A stretch of DNA of 64,000 nt from an uncultured Chthoniobacterales bacterium. GTDB lineage: Bacteria; Verrucomicrobiota; Verrucomicrobiia; Chthoniobacterales; JAATET01. The position numbers were made by a program, and so were the translations under genes. Below the pieces are notes generated by a model. That model saw nothing but the letters and a program-made list of their open reading frames with translations, was not told the origin of the DNA and made no database searches. Position 1 is the stretch's first letter. Each line of letters begins with the position of its first letter. The stretch covers positions 5,049-69,048 of the forward strand of contig CAXTSM010000019.1 in the NCBI GenBank assembly GCA_964247025.1, in the 5' to 3' direction. Of this stretch, positions 48,560 to 57,425 are shown one piece after another.

Positions 48560-49306
48560 ATGTCCGATTTTCTCCATGCCGCCAAGGAAGCGGCGCAGGC
48601 TGCCGGCGGCCTCTTGCGCGCCAACTTCGGCCAGAAACTTCACGTCGACGAAAACCACGCCCACGACATCAAGCTCGAGCTCGACAAACGCTCGCAGGTT
48701 CTCATCGAATCGCTCCTCCTCGCCCGCTATCCCGACCACGCCATCTACGGCGAGGAAGGCCTCCGCGGCGACCAGGCCAGCGAATACCAATGGATCATCG
48801 ACCCCATCGACGGCACGGTGAACTTCTTCTACGGCGTCGCCCACTTCGCCGTTTCCATCGCCCTGCGCCGCGCCGGCCAAATCCTTGTCGGCGTCATCTA
48901 CGACCCCATGCGCGACGAGCTCTGGGCGGTCGAGCAGGGCCAGCCCGCCACCCTCAACGGCCTCCCCATCCGCGTCAGCGACCGCACCGAGATCGCCGAG
49001 GCCATCGTCTCCGTCGGCGTCTCGAAGACGCTTGACTCCGTCGAAGCCAGCCTCCCGCTCTTCCACCGCATGATCCGCGAAGCCAAGAAATGCCGCATGA
49101 TGGGCTCCGCCTCGCTCGACATCGCCTACGTCTCCTGCGGCCGCCTCGACGCCTACATCGAGGGCCAGATCAGCCTCTGGGACATCGCCGCCGGCGTGCT
49201 CCTCGTCGAATCCGCCGGCGGGAAAATCAGCCTCACCCCGCACGCCACCCGGCCGGAAAAATACGCCATCGCCGCCACCAGCGGCCGGATTGATTTCGGC
49301 GGATGA
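48560..49306 (+). CDS. Inositol monophosphatase family protein (SuhB-like)
   Basis: IYGEEG, WIIDPIDGTVNF and WDIAAG motifs. Confidence 0.9.
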   Translation: MSDFLHAAKEAAQAAGGLLRANFGQKLHVDENHAHDIKLELDKRSQVLIESLLLARYPDHAIYGEEGLRGDQASEYQWIIDPIDGTVNFFYGVAHFAVSIALRRAGQILVGVIYDPMRDELWAVEQGQPATLNGLPIRVSDRTEIAEAIVSVGVSKTLDSVEASLPLFHRMIREAKKCRMMGSASLDIAYVSCGRLDAYIEGQISLWDIAAGVLLVESAGGKISLTPHATRPEKYAIAATSGRIDFGG

Positions 49307-49311
49307 AAACT

Positions 49312-49384
49312 CACGCGAAGACGCGAAGGCGCGAAGAATTCCCGGTCCTGCCTTTCCTCCTTCGCGGCCTCGCGGCTTCGCGTG
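49312..49384. repeat. Octamer-built hairpin (CACGCGAAGACGCGAAGGCGCGAAG / CTTCGCGGCCTCGCGGCTTCGCGTG, 22/25 complementary)
   Basis: Read directly. Fills the IMPase/ispF spacer. Confidence 0.8.
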
Positions 49385-49391
49385 CGACCTC

Positions 49392-49874
49392 ATGAACACC
49401 GTCGGCATCGGCTACGACGTCCACCGCTTCGCGGAGCACCGTCCCCTCGTCCTCGGCGGCATCGAGATCCCCCACGACCGCGGGCTCGACGGCCACTCGG
49501 ACGCCGACGTGCTCAGCCACGCCATCGCGGATGCCATCCTCGGCGCGGCGGGCGAGCTCGACATCGGCCACTTCTTTCCGAACACCGACGAGTCCATCCG
49601 CGGCATCAGCAGCCTGGAGATCCTCCGCCGCGTCCGCGAGGCGCTCGCCGCGAAATCCATCGAGATCATCAACATCGACGCCACCCTCGTCGCCGAGGAG
49701 CCGAAGATCGCCCCGCACCTCGCCGGAATGAAGGCCGCCCTCTCCGCCGCGCTGCTGCTCGACCCGGATCGCATCGGCATCAAGGCCACCACGAACGAAG
49801 GCATGGGCTTCCTCGGACGCGGCGAAGGCATCGCCGCCATGGCCGTCGCCAGCGTGGAACGCGGAAACAAATAA
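49392..49874 (+). CDS. ispF: 2-C-methyl-D-erythritol 2,4-cyclodiphosphate synthase
   Basis: GIGYDVHRF, GHSDADVLSHAI, and the ATTNEGMGFLGRGEGIAA C-terminus. Confidence 0.9.
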   Translation: MNTVGIGYDVHRFAEHRPLVLGGIEIPHDRGLDGHSDADVLSHAIADAILGAAGELDIGHFFPNTDESIRGISSLEILRRVREALAAKSIEIINIDATLVAEEPKIAPHLAGMKAALSAALLLDPDRIGIKATTNEGMGFLGRGEGIAAMAVASVERGNK

Positions 49875-49875
49875 A

Positions 49876-49940
49876 CGCGGGAAAAGGGGAAGGGGAAGTT
49901 GCGAAACTCGTATTCCCCCCCCTTTTCCCCTTTTCCCGCG
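49876..49940. repeat. Purine/pyrimidine-tract hairpin (CGCGGGAAAAGGGGAAGGGGA / CCCCTTTTCCCCTTTTCCCGCG)
   Basis: Read directly. The outer 15 nt are perfectly complementary. Fills the ispF/cysS spacer. Confidence 0.8.
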
Positions 49941-49973
49941 CTAGAAATCCCTCCTGATGATCCCTCACATCGC

Positions 49974-51362
49974 ATGAGCATCTCCTACTTCAATTCCCTC
50001 TCCCGCCAGGTCGAGCCCTTCGAGCCGCGCGAGCCCGGGCGCGTCTCGCTCTACACCTGCGGCCCGACGGTCTACAACTACGCTCACATCGGCAACTTCC
50101 GCGCCTACGTCTTCGAGGATTTGCTCCAGCGCCACCTCGAGTTCCGCGGCCACACCGTCACCCGCGTGATGAACCTCACCGACGTCGACGACAAGACCAT
50201 CCGCGGCTGCCGCGCCGCCGGCGTGCCGCTCGCCGAGTTCACGCAGCCCTTCAAAGCCGCCTTTTTCGCCGACCTCGAAACCCTCCGCATCCAAAAGGCG
50301 CGGCACTTCCCCGAGGCCACCGCCGCGAACCACATCGCGCGCATGATCGAGATGATCGGCGCCCTCGTCGAGCGCGGCCACGCCTACCGCGCGGATGACG
50401 GCAGCGTCTATTTTCGCATCGCGAGCTTCCCCGCCTATGGGCGCCTCGCGCACCTGAACCTCGACGAGCTTCGCCCTTCCGGCCGGGTGAGCAGCGACGA
50501 ATACGAGAAGGAAAACATCGGCGACTTCGCGCTTTGGAAGGCCTGGAGCGAAGAGGATGGCGATGTCTTCTGGGAAAGCCCCTGGGGCCGCGGCCGCCCG
50601 GGCTGGCACATCGAATGCAGCGCCATGGCGACCGGCCTCCTCGGCCCTCGGATCGACATCCATTGCGGCGGCGAGGACAACATTTTCCCCCATCACGAAG
50701 CCGAGATCGCGCAGAGCGAATGCGTGACCGGCCTGCCCTTCGTGCGGCTCTGGATGCACTGCCGGCACCTCCTCGTCGAGAACCAGAAGATGTCCAAGAG
50801 CGCCGGGAATTTCTATACCCTTCGCGACCTGCTGGAAAAAGGCCGCACCGGCCGCGAGGTGCGCTACGCCCTGCTTTCGGTCAAATACCGCGAGCCGCTC
50901 AACTTCACGTTCGAAGGCCTCGACGCCGCCCGCAGCGCGCTCGCGCGCTTCGACGAATGGAGCCGCCGCCTCGACGAGATCGCCGGCCCCGCGGCCGAGC
51001 CGACGCCCGCGGACCTCGACCTCGAAGCCTTCGGCGCCGCGCTCGACGAGGATCTCAATATCTCCGCGGCCCTCGGCGCCGTCTTCGAGATCATCCGCGA
51101 GACGAACAAGCGCCTCGACGCCGGGGCGCTCACCGCCGGTCAGGCGCGCACGCTCGTCGGATGGCGTGCCCGGGTGAATTCCATCCTCCGCTTCGAGCCG
51201 GAAACCGCCGCGATCCCGGCCGGGGTCGCGGCCCTGCTCGCGCAGCGCCTTGCCGCCCGGGCCTCCCGCGACTTCGCCGCCAGCGACCGCCTCCGCGACG
51301 AGATCGCCGCCCTCGGCTGGGCGGTGAAAGACACGAAGGACGGCCAGAAAGTTTCGAAGTAA
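49974..51362 (+). CDS. cysS: Cysteine--tRNA ligase
   Basis: HIGN (YAHIGNFRAY) and KMSKS motifs. 462 aa from the internal ATG. Confidence 0.95.
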   Translation: MSISYFNSLSRQVEPFEPREPGRVSLYTCGPTVYNYAHIGNFRAYVFEDLLQRHLEFRGHTVTRVMNLTDVDDKTIRGCRAAGVPLAEFTQPFKAAFFADLETLRIQKARHFPEATAANHIARMIEMIGALVERGHAYRADDGSVYFRIASFPAYGRLAHLNLDELRPSGRVSSDEYEKENIGDFALWKAWSEEDGDVFWESPWGRGRPGWHIECSAMATGLLGPRIDIHCGGEDNIFPHHEAEIAQSECVTGLPFVRLWMHCRHLLVENQKMSKSAGNFYTLRDLLEKGRTGREVRYALLSVKYREPLNFTFEGLDAARSALARFDEWSRRLDEIAGPAAEPTPADLDLEAFGAALDEDLNISAALGAVFEIIRETNKRLDAGALTAGQARTLVGWRARVNSILRFEPETAAIPAGVAALLAQRLAARASRDFAASDRLRDEIAALGWAVKDTKDGQKVSK

Positions 51363-51806
51363 AACCGCGGAGAGCGCGGAGGACGCAGAGAAATGAATCC
51401 CGAGTTTTTGCACGAAGAATTGAGCGGCCGGATCATCGGAGCGGCCATGACGGTGTTGACCGCCCTCAAACCTGGTCTCGATGAAAAGCTTTATGAAAAC
51501 GCCCTGGTTATCGAATTGAACGAAAAAGGTCTTCGAGCCGATCAACAGCGCCGATACCCGGTCAACTACCGAGGCCATTTGATCGGAGCCCTCGTTCCCG
51601 ATCTTGTCATTAATGAAACCGTCATCGTGGACGCCAAAGTCGTCACTGCGTTTCACGACGAGCATCTGGCTCAAATGCTCGGGTATCTTGCCATCACCGG
51701 CCTCGAACTGGCCCTTCTCCTGAATTTCCGTTACTCAAAACTTCAAATAAAAAGAGTCGCCCGAAACCAGAATTCCTTCTCTGCGTAATCAGCGCTCTCC
51801 GCGGTT
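51363..51806 (+). mobile_element. Candidate miniature cassette: GxxExxY ORF bounded by 30-nt inverted repeats
   Basis: 51363-51392 AACCGCGGAGAGCGCGGAGGACGCAGAGAA versus the reverse complement of 51777-51806, AACCGCGGAGAGCGCTGATTACGCAGAGAA. That is 25/30 matches, with the outer 15 perfect. The interior is visibly AT-richer. Confidence 0.45.
51393..51788 (+). CDS. GxxExxY family protein (PD-(D/E)XK nuclease-like)
   Basis: GLDEKLYENAL (GxxExxY) and VPDLVI...VIVDAKVV (PD...DxK). 131 aa. Confidence 0.85.
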   Translation: MNPEFLHEELSGRIIGAAMTVLTALKPGLDEKLYENALVIELNEKGLRADQQRRYPVNYRGHLIGALVPDLVINETVIVDAKVVTAFHDEHLAQMLGYLAITGLELALLLNFRYSKLQIKRVARNQNSFSA

Positions 51807-51816
51807 CCAAAAATCC

Positions 51817-52494
51817 ATGTTCGCGCCCGACCAGTTTCTCGATCTTTCCGAGACCGAGCACCGCCTGCTCTTCGACGACGTCGAGCACGTCTGGCAGGCG
51901 CTGCCGAAGATCGCGACCTATCTGAAGTTCCGCCTCAAGCCCGCCATTCTCGGGAAGCTCGTCGGCAAGCCCTTCGTCAGCACCGCGGTCTACGTCGGCC
52001 GCGGCACGATCGTCGAGCACGGCGCGATGATCCAAGGCCCCGCGTGGATCGGCGAGAACTGCGAGATCCGCAACGGCGCCTACATCCGCGGGAACGTCAT
52101 CCTCGGCGATGGGGTGGTGGCCGGCAACTCGAGCGAGTTCAAGAATTGCCTCGTGTTCAACGACGCGGAAATCCCGCACTTCAACTACGTCGGCGACTCC
52201 ATCCTCGGCTACAAGGCGCACCTTGGCGCGGGCGTGATCCTCTCGAACGTCCGCCTCGACCGCGCGCCGGTCACCATTCCCGCCGCCGCCGGCCCGATCG
52301 AAACCGGCCTGCGGAAATTCGGCGCCGTCGTCGGCGACCGCAGCGAGATCGGCTGCAACGCCGTGCTCAGCCCCGGCTCGATCATCGGCCGCTCGTGCAT
52401 CGTCTATCCCGGCGTCCAATGGCGCGGCGTGCTGCCCGACCACAGCGTCGCCAAGCTGCGGCAGGATCTGCAGGTGATCCCGCGGAGGGAGTAA
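51817..52494 (+). CDS. Hexapeptide-repeat (left-handed beta-helix) transferase, GlmU-C-terminal-like
   Basis: Repeated [LIV]G-x4 hexapeptides (IGENCEIRNGAYIRGNVILGDGVVAGN...IGCNAVLSPGSIIG). Confidence 0.75.
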   Translation: MFAPDQFLDLSETEHRLLFDDVEHVWQALPKIATYLKFRLKPAILGKLVGKPFVSTAVYVGRGTIVEHGAMIQGPAWIGENCEIRNGAYIRGNVILGDGVVAGNSSEFKNCLVFNDAEIPHFNYVGDSILGYKAHLGAGVILSNVRLDRAPVTIPAAAGPIETGLRKFGAVVGDRSEIGCNAVLSPGSIIGRSCIVYPGVQWRGVLPDHSVAKLRQDLQVIPRRE

Positions 52495-52579
52495 CCACGG
52501 ATCGCGCGGCTGACCCGGACGGGATCCGAAGTCGGCCCGCAATGTCCATTGATCCGGGGTATCCGCGCGATCCGTGGTT
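52493..52579. repeat. Hairpin with a 17-bp perfect stem (AACCACGGATCGCGCGG / CCGCGCGATCCGTGGTT) and a 53-nt loop
   Basis: Read directly. Begins inside the stop codon of the LbH transferase gene. Confidence 0.9.
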
Positions 52580-52702
52580 CGAACGTCAAGCCGCGGCAGG
52601 ATCGGGGCGTCGTCCGCGCCAAGATCGAATCCGGAGCTCAGGCAACCAGGAATTTCCGAAGGTTCTTTCCCCTGATTTCCCGATTTGCAGATTCAAAAAA
52701 TC

Positions 52703-54016
52703 TCACCGCATCCAGATCCGCGACAGCCGGCGCAGGCGTCCCGCGACCACGTTGCCCTCGCGCGTCACCCCGCCCTCGATCAACCCGGAAACCGCAAGAA
52801 ACGCGACGATGTCGAGCGCCAGCAGCACCGCGAAATAAATGCTGTGCCGCCGCCAGGCGAACCAGCCGGTCGCCAGCTCGTAGCTCCCGATCGCGTCCAG
52901 CGTGACGCCCCACATCACCGGCGCCGCGCCGAGGCCCAGGCTGGTGATGACCGTGAAGAGCGCGAAGAAATGGTTCCGCCCCATCTCCGGCATCGTCGCC
53001 ATGGTGATCCGCGTGTTTGCGACGTTGAAGTTCGCCGCTGCCAGGCCGGTGAAAAAATTCAACGCGGCCACGATCGGCACCGAGCACGGCAGCACGCCGC
53101 CCGCGATGAGCAGCCAGCCCGCGAGCACGAGCGCAAAGACCGCCAGCGCCGCGCGCAGGATCGGCTTGCTGCCCACGGCATCGATGATTCCCGCCGTCAG
53201 CATGAGCGAAAGGATCGGCCCCACGAACGCCACGCCGGAAAGCACGAGCACCAGGTCCGCCTCGAATTTCTGGAACTCCCGCAGGTATTCCACCGTGAAC
53301 ACGCTCAGGCTGCCGATCACGACCATGAAAAGAACGTTGAAACCGAGCAGCCGGAAAAACGGCGGATGTCGCAGCATCGCCCCCCACGGCACCGGGTGCG
53401 CCGACCGCGTCGTCGCCTCGCTGCTCGGCGCGTCCGGAATCCGCCGGATGAACCACAGGCTCGCCGCCCCGCCCAGCGCGCTGATCAGGAACACCAGGGA
53501 GAATTCCCATGGATCGACGTGGCCGCGCATGACGAAGGCCGACGCCACGAGCGAGAGCAGGCTGCCGGCGTAGGTGAACAATTGGTCGCGCGCGAGGAAC
53601 CGCCCTCTCACCGGCTCGGGGATGAGCGCCGCGATCCACGGCATCCAACCCGCCGACGAGATGCCGCGCAGCAGGTTGAAGATGAAGAGCGCGGCGAGGA
53701 GCACCGCCAGCCGCGACGCGTTGTCGAGGAACCCGAGCAGCGGCACGATCGCGACGAGAAAGATGAAGACCGTGCGCAGCCCCCAGCCGCTCAGCACGAA
53801 TTGCCGATACGAATAGCGGTCCAGGAATCGCGCCGCGGGCAATTGCATCACCGTCATGAGCGGAGTGAAGGCCGCGATGATCCCGATGACCGTCGACGAC
53901 GCGCCCAGCGACTTTGCGAAAAGCACGATCGGCGCGCCCATCATGACCTGGAACGCGATCGCGTTGAACAGGTTGAACCAATGCGAATTGAACGCCCCGC
54001 GGGGATAGGTCGGCAT
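52703..54016 (-). CDS. MFS transporter
   Basis: ORF 52703..54076 with about 12 TM segments. Start placed at ATG 54016 because upstream candidate starts (54037 ATG, 54076 TTG) fall in or beyond a repeat arm. Start uncertain. Confidence 0.8.
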   Translation of the reverse strand: MPTYPRGAFNSHWFNLFNAIAFQVMMGAPIVLFAKSLGASSTVIGIIAAFTPLMTVMQLPAARFLDRYSYRQFVLSGWGLRTVFIFLVAIVPLLGFLDNASRLAVLLAALFIFNLLRGISSAGWMPWIAALIPEPVRGRFLARDQLFTYAGSLLSLVASAFVMRGHVDPWEFSLVFLISALGGAASLWFIRRIPDAPSSEATTRSAHPVPWGAMLRHPPFFRLLGFNVLFMVVIGSLSVFTVEYLREFQKFEADLVLVLSGVAFVGPILSLMLTAGIIDAVGSKPILRAALAVFALVLAGWLLIAGGVLPCSVPIVAALNFFTGLAAANFNVANTRITMATMPEMGRNHFFALFTVITSLGLGAAPVMWGVTLDAIGSYELATGWFAWRRHSIYFAVLLALDIVAFLAVSGLIEGGVTREGNVVAGRLRRLSRIWMR

Positions 54017-54022
54017 GCGGAA

Positions 54023-54108
54023 AACCACGGATAGCATGGATGTCACGGATGAATCCAGATTCGCGGCCAGCTTCAAATCTCATCCGTGCGATCCGTGCGA
54101 TCCGTGGT
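54023..54108. repeat. 9-mer-built hairpin (ACCACGGATAGCATGGATGTCACGGATG / CATCCGTGCGATCCGTGCGATCCGTGGT, 23/27 complementary)
   Basis: Read directly. Lies in the divergent MFS/uvrC region. Confidence 0.8.
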
Positions 54109-54121
54109 AAACTCATCGCCC

Positions 54122-55693
54122 ATGTCCGACGGCCGGATCGACTTCAACGTTAAGCTCCGCGACGTCCCGCACCGGCCGGGCGTCTACGTGATGCGCGACC
54201 GCTTCAAGAAAGTCATCTACGTCGGCAAGGCCCGCGACCTGCGCAAGCGCGTGGGAAATTATTTCATGCCGTCCCGGAAAATGACGGCGGACCCGAAGAC
54301 CCGCGCGCTCATCGACAGCATCTGGGATTTCGAATGGCACGTGGTGAAAAGCGAAGCCGAGGCCGTGCTCTACGAAGGGCGGCTCATCAAGGAGTTCCGG
54401 CCGAAATACAACGTCAGCTTTCGCGACGACAAGCGCTTCCTGCTCGTGCGGGTGAACGTCGCCGAGCCCTACCCGCGATTCGGCCTCACCCGGCTCAAGA
54501 AGGAGGACGGCGCCCGCTACTTCGGCCCCTACGCCAACGCCGGCGCCCTGCGCTCCACGCTCAACGCCATTCGCAAGCGCTTCGGGCTGCGCACCTGTCA
54601 GCCCACCGTTCCCGGCGAGGCGGACTATCGCCATTGCAGCAACGACATCATCAAGAACTGCTCCGCGCCGTGCATCGGCCGCGCCACGCAGGAGGACTAC
54701 CGCCTCCGCGTCGAGGCCGCCTGCGAACTGCTCGAGGGCGAGTCGCGCCACATGGTCGAGCAGGTGGAAAGCGAAATGAAGGCGGCGGCGGGGAAACTGG
54801 ATTTCGAAAAAGCGGCCCAGCTCCGCAACCTGCTCGACGACCTGCGGCAGACGACGAAGCCGATGACGCGCTACATCCACAAGGCGCTGCCGAGCGCGAT
54901 CGACCCGTGGGCCGACCTCGTCTCGCTCCGGGAGGCGCTGCATCTCGAGCGGCCGCCGACGATCATGGAATGCTTCGATATCTCGAACATCAGCGCGACG
55001 CACATCGTCGCGTCGATGGTGCGCTTCCGCGACGGCGTGCCGGATCGGGCGAATTACCGTCGCTTCCGGATCGCCGGCGTCAAGGGGCAGAACGACTTCG
55101 CGAGCATGGCCGAGGTCGTGCGACGCCGCTACGCGCGCATCCTGCGCGAGGCTTCCGCCGCGGCGGGAGAAGACGCGGAATTCAACCAGGAAAATCCCTT
55201 CGACGCCGCGCAACGGGTCTCGTCCTCCCAACCATCGGCCATCAACCATCAGCTCCTCCCCGGCCTGCCCGATCTCATCATCGTGGACGGGGGGAAAGGC
55301 CAGCTCAGCAGCGCGTGCGCGGAGCTCCAGCGCCTCGGGCTGCACCAGCTGCCGATCATCGGACTCGCCAAGGAATTCGAGGAGATCTACCGCCCCGGCC
55401 AGGCGATGCCCATCCGGCTGGCGGCGGAGGACGGCGCGCTGAAACTGCTCCAGCGCATCCGCGACGAGGCGCATCGTTTCGCCAACGGCTACCACAGCCT
55501 GCTGCTCAAACGCCGCATCAGCGAAAGCCGCCTCGACGATATTCAAGGGATCAGCGAAGGGCGCAAAAAGGCGCTGCTCGCCAAATTCGGCAGCGTGGAC
55601 CGCATTCGCCGCGCGAAGCCGGAAGCTCTCGCCGAGCTGCCGGGGATCAGCCCCCGCCTGGCGCAGGAAATCCTCGCCGCGCTCTCGACCTGA
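54122..55693 (+). CDS. uvrC: Excinuclease ABC subunit C
   Basis: GIY-YIG (PGVYVMRD...VIYVGKARDLRKR), UVR domain (FEKAAQLRNLL), endonuclease V-like domain and C-terminal HhH. Confidence 0.9.
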   Translation: MSDGRIDFNVKLRDVPHRPGVYVMRDRFKKVIYVGKARDLRKRVGNYFMPSRKMTADPKTRALIDSIWDFEWHVVKSEAEAVLYEGRLIKEFRPKYNVSFRDDKRFLLVRVNVAEPYPRFGLTRLKKEDGARYFGPYANAGALRSTLNAIRKRFGLRTCQPTVPGEADYRHCSNDIIKNCSAPCIGRATQEDYRLRVEAACELLEGESRHMVEQVESEMKAAAGKLDFEKAAQLRNLLDDLRQTTKPMTRYIHKALPSAIDPWADLVSLREALHLERPPTIMECFDISNISATHIVASMVRFRDGVPDRANYRRFRIAGVKGQNDFASMAEVVRRRYARILREASAAAGEDAEFNQENPFDAAQRVSSSQPSAINHQLLPGLPDLIIVDGGKGQLSSACAELQRLGLHQLPIIGLAKEFEEIYRPGQAMPIRLAAEDGALKLLQRIRDEAHRFANGYHSLLLKRRISESRLDDIQGISEGRKKALLAKFGSVDRIRRAKPEALAELPGISPRLAQEILAALST

Positions 55694-57308
55694 TCTCGAT
55701 TGGAGGGAAACGTCTCGTCGTTTCCCCGGCCGGCTCATACCGCCGAATCGTCAGGATGAGAGGCTCGGATCCATTTCCGAGCTTGTCGGTGGCGGTGACG
55801 GAAATGCGGTTGATCCCGAGGCGGAGCGGCACCTTGAAGCTCCAGCGGCGATCGCCCCGGGCCAACTTTGGCGCCGGCTTGAAGTTTGCCCGCGTCGCGG
55901 CGGTGGTCTTGTCCTGGACCGCCACGGTGTATTCGACCCGGGCGACACCGGTGTCGTCGATGGCTTCGCCCGAGATCACGATGAATTTGTCGCGCGTCAC
56001 CCGATCCGCCGGGCGACGGGGAAAGATCGGCCGCACCCATGGGGCGAGGGGGCGGGTGTCCGCCAGGTAGATTCCGGCGCCGTTGGCGAAGGTCGCCCGG
56101 AACACGAGCTGATTCAAATCGTTGAACGAGCCGGGACCCGCAAGATCGACCTGGGTGACTTCCTGGCGCCCGGACGGTGTGTCGAGAGTAATCCCGTCGA
56201 TCGCGATCAGAACCGGATCGCTCGCCCGGCGTTTGAGCCAAATCCCCGAGCGCATGCCTCCGTTTGGATAACGAATGGAGGCCGTGAACGCGACGTCCCC
56301 CCCCGCATTCACGACGGCTTGTCCGATCGAGGCAAAGGAGACGTCCGCCGTGGCGGGCACGATGTCGCCGTCCCTCACCATGAGTCGCACCTGGCCGGGC
56401 GGACCGGCAAACGCGGCCTCGGAGCGGCTTTCGCCGGAAGAGAAGGTCCCCACGAAGGCCACCAGGGCGTTCGACGCGATCGACGGAGAGGAAGATAATT
56501 GCGCGTAGGTTGCGTCGGAAACGTCCGGCACGCTGCCTCCCTCGGCGGCGACGAGTTTCCACCCGCCTTTCTTTCCCGCGTAGATTGCGCTGATCGGGGC
56601 CGGGGTGCGATTCGGGCTCGGCGCCACGGAAACTTGCAACACCGCATCTCCGCCCTCGCCCAGATCGACCGAGCCGAATTTGGTGTCGCCCAGGATGTCG
56701 TGGATCACCGCGCCCGCCGGAAAGCCCGGGGCGGCGTCGCCTTCGCTCATCGCGATTTCCGGCTTGCCGGCCGGGCCGATCAGCAGCGCCCCTTGCGCGG
56801 GGAATCCCCCGCCCAGCGCTCCCGCCGGGGCCTTTACGGCAAGATATCCCGGCCGAAAGGAAATTTGAATCGTTGAACGGGACAACGGCAACGCGAGTTG
56901 CGGCCGGCCGGAGGCGACGACGAAGACCCCGTCCGTAAAGGCTTCGGTTTGCGAATCCACCCGGTATCCCCCGAAGGCGGAAACCCCGGCCTTGGAGATC
57001 GACAGGGAAAAGACGTCGTGGAACGGCTCAGCCAGCGAAACGCCCCGAAGGCGGCCGGGGCGCCCCGCGTAGATCCCCAGGCTGCTGGTCCCGGGCAGAA
57101 ACGACGTGAACGCCACGCTGCCGTCCGCCCCCAGCCGGGGAACGTTCATCATTCCGTAGCTGCCACCCCCCGGAGCGGGCTGTCCCGTGAAAGCCACCAG
57201 CCGATACGAGGAACCCGCCGCCGCCCCAACGGCTGACTCCGTGCGCCCACCGATCAATGCGCCGGTCGTCAGGACGATCACGACGCGTCCGAGAATTGCC
57301 GCTTTCAT
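55647..57308 (-). CDS. Secreted repeat protein (NxxGxxAF-type tandem repeats plus a C-terminal Ig-like domain)
   Basis: Start at the internal ATG (MKAAILGRVVIVLTTGAL). Recurrent motifs are ADGSVAFTSF, SNALVAFVGTF, NAGGDVAFTAS and NQLVFRATF. The 3' end overlaps uvrC by 47 nt. Confidence 0.65.
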   Translation of the reverse strand: MKAAILGRVVIVLTTGALIGGRTESAVGAAAGSSYRLVAFTGQPAPGGGSYGMMNVPRLGADGSVAFTSFLPGTSSLGIYAGRPGRLRGVSLAEPFHDVFSLSISKAGVSAFGGYRVDSQTEAFTDGVFVVASGRPQLALPLSRSTIQISFRPGYLAVKAPAGALGGGFPAQGALLIGPAGKPEIAMSEGDAAPGFPAGAVIHDILGDTKFGSVDLGEGGDAVLQVSVAPSPNRTPAPISAIYAGKKGGWKLVAAEGGSVPDVSDATYAQLSSSPSIASNALVAFVGTFSSGESRSEAAFAGPPGQVRLMVRDGDIVPATADVSFASIGQAVVNAGGDVAFTASIRYPNGGMRSGIWLKRRASDPVLIAIDGITLDTPSGRQEVTQVDLAGPGSFNDLNQLVFRATFANGAGIYLADTRPLAPWVRPIFPRRPADRVTRDKFIVISGEAIDDTGVARVEYTVAVQDKTTAATRANFKPAPKLARGDRRWSFKVPLRLGINRISVTATDKLGNGSEPLILTIRRYEPAGETTRRFPPIEIRSRARRGFPAPGGG

Positions 57309-57368
57309 TCGCGTGAGACGGTATTCAATTTTGGTATGGGAACAACCGGAATCCCAACGCCAGCCGGA

Positions 57369-57403
57369 CAAATAAAACCCCGGCTCGCGTTGGCGAGCCG
57401 GGG
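57369..57403 (-). terminator. Rho-independent terminator downstream of the PEP-CTERM gene
   Basis: 11-bp perfect stem CCCCGGCTCGC/GCGAGCCGGGG with a 4-nt loop, followed on the minus strand by TTTTATTTG. Confidence 0.7.
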
Positions 57404-57425
57404 TTTCCGAAAGTTTATCCGCAGA

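Noticed and set aside
55647-55693. 47-nt convergent overlap of uvrC and the secreted repeat protein as a possible annotation error or antisense regulation
   Set aside because: Both reading frames are independently supported up to their stops. Without expression data nothing more can be said, so I judged it low value.
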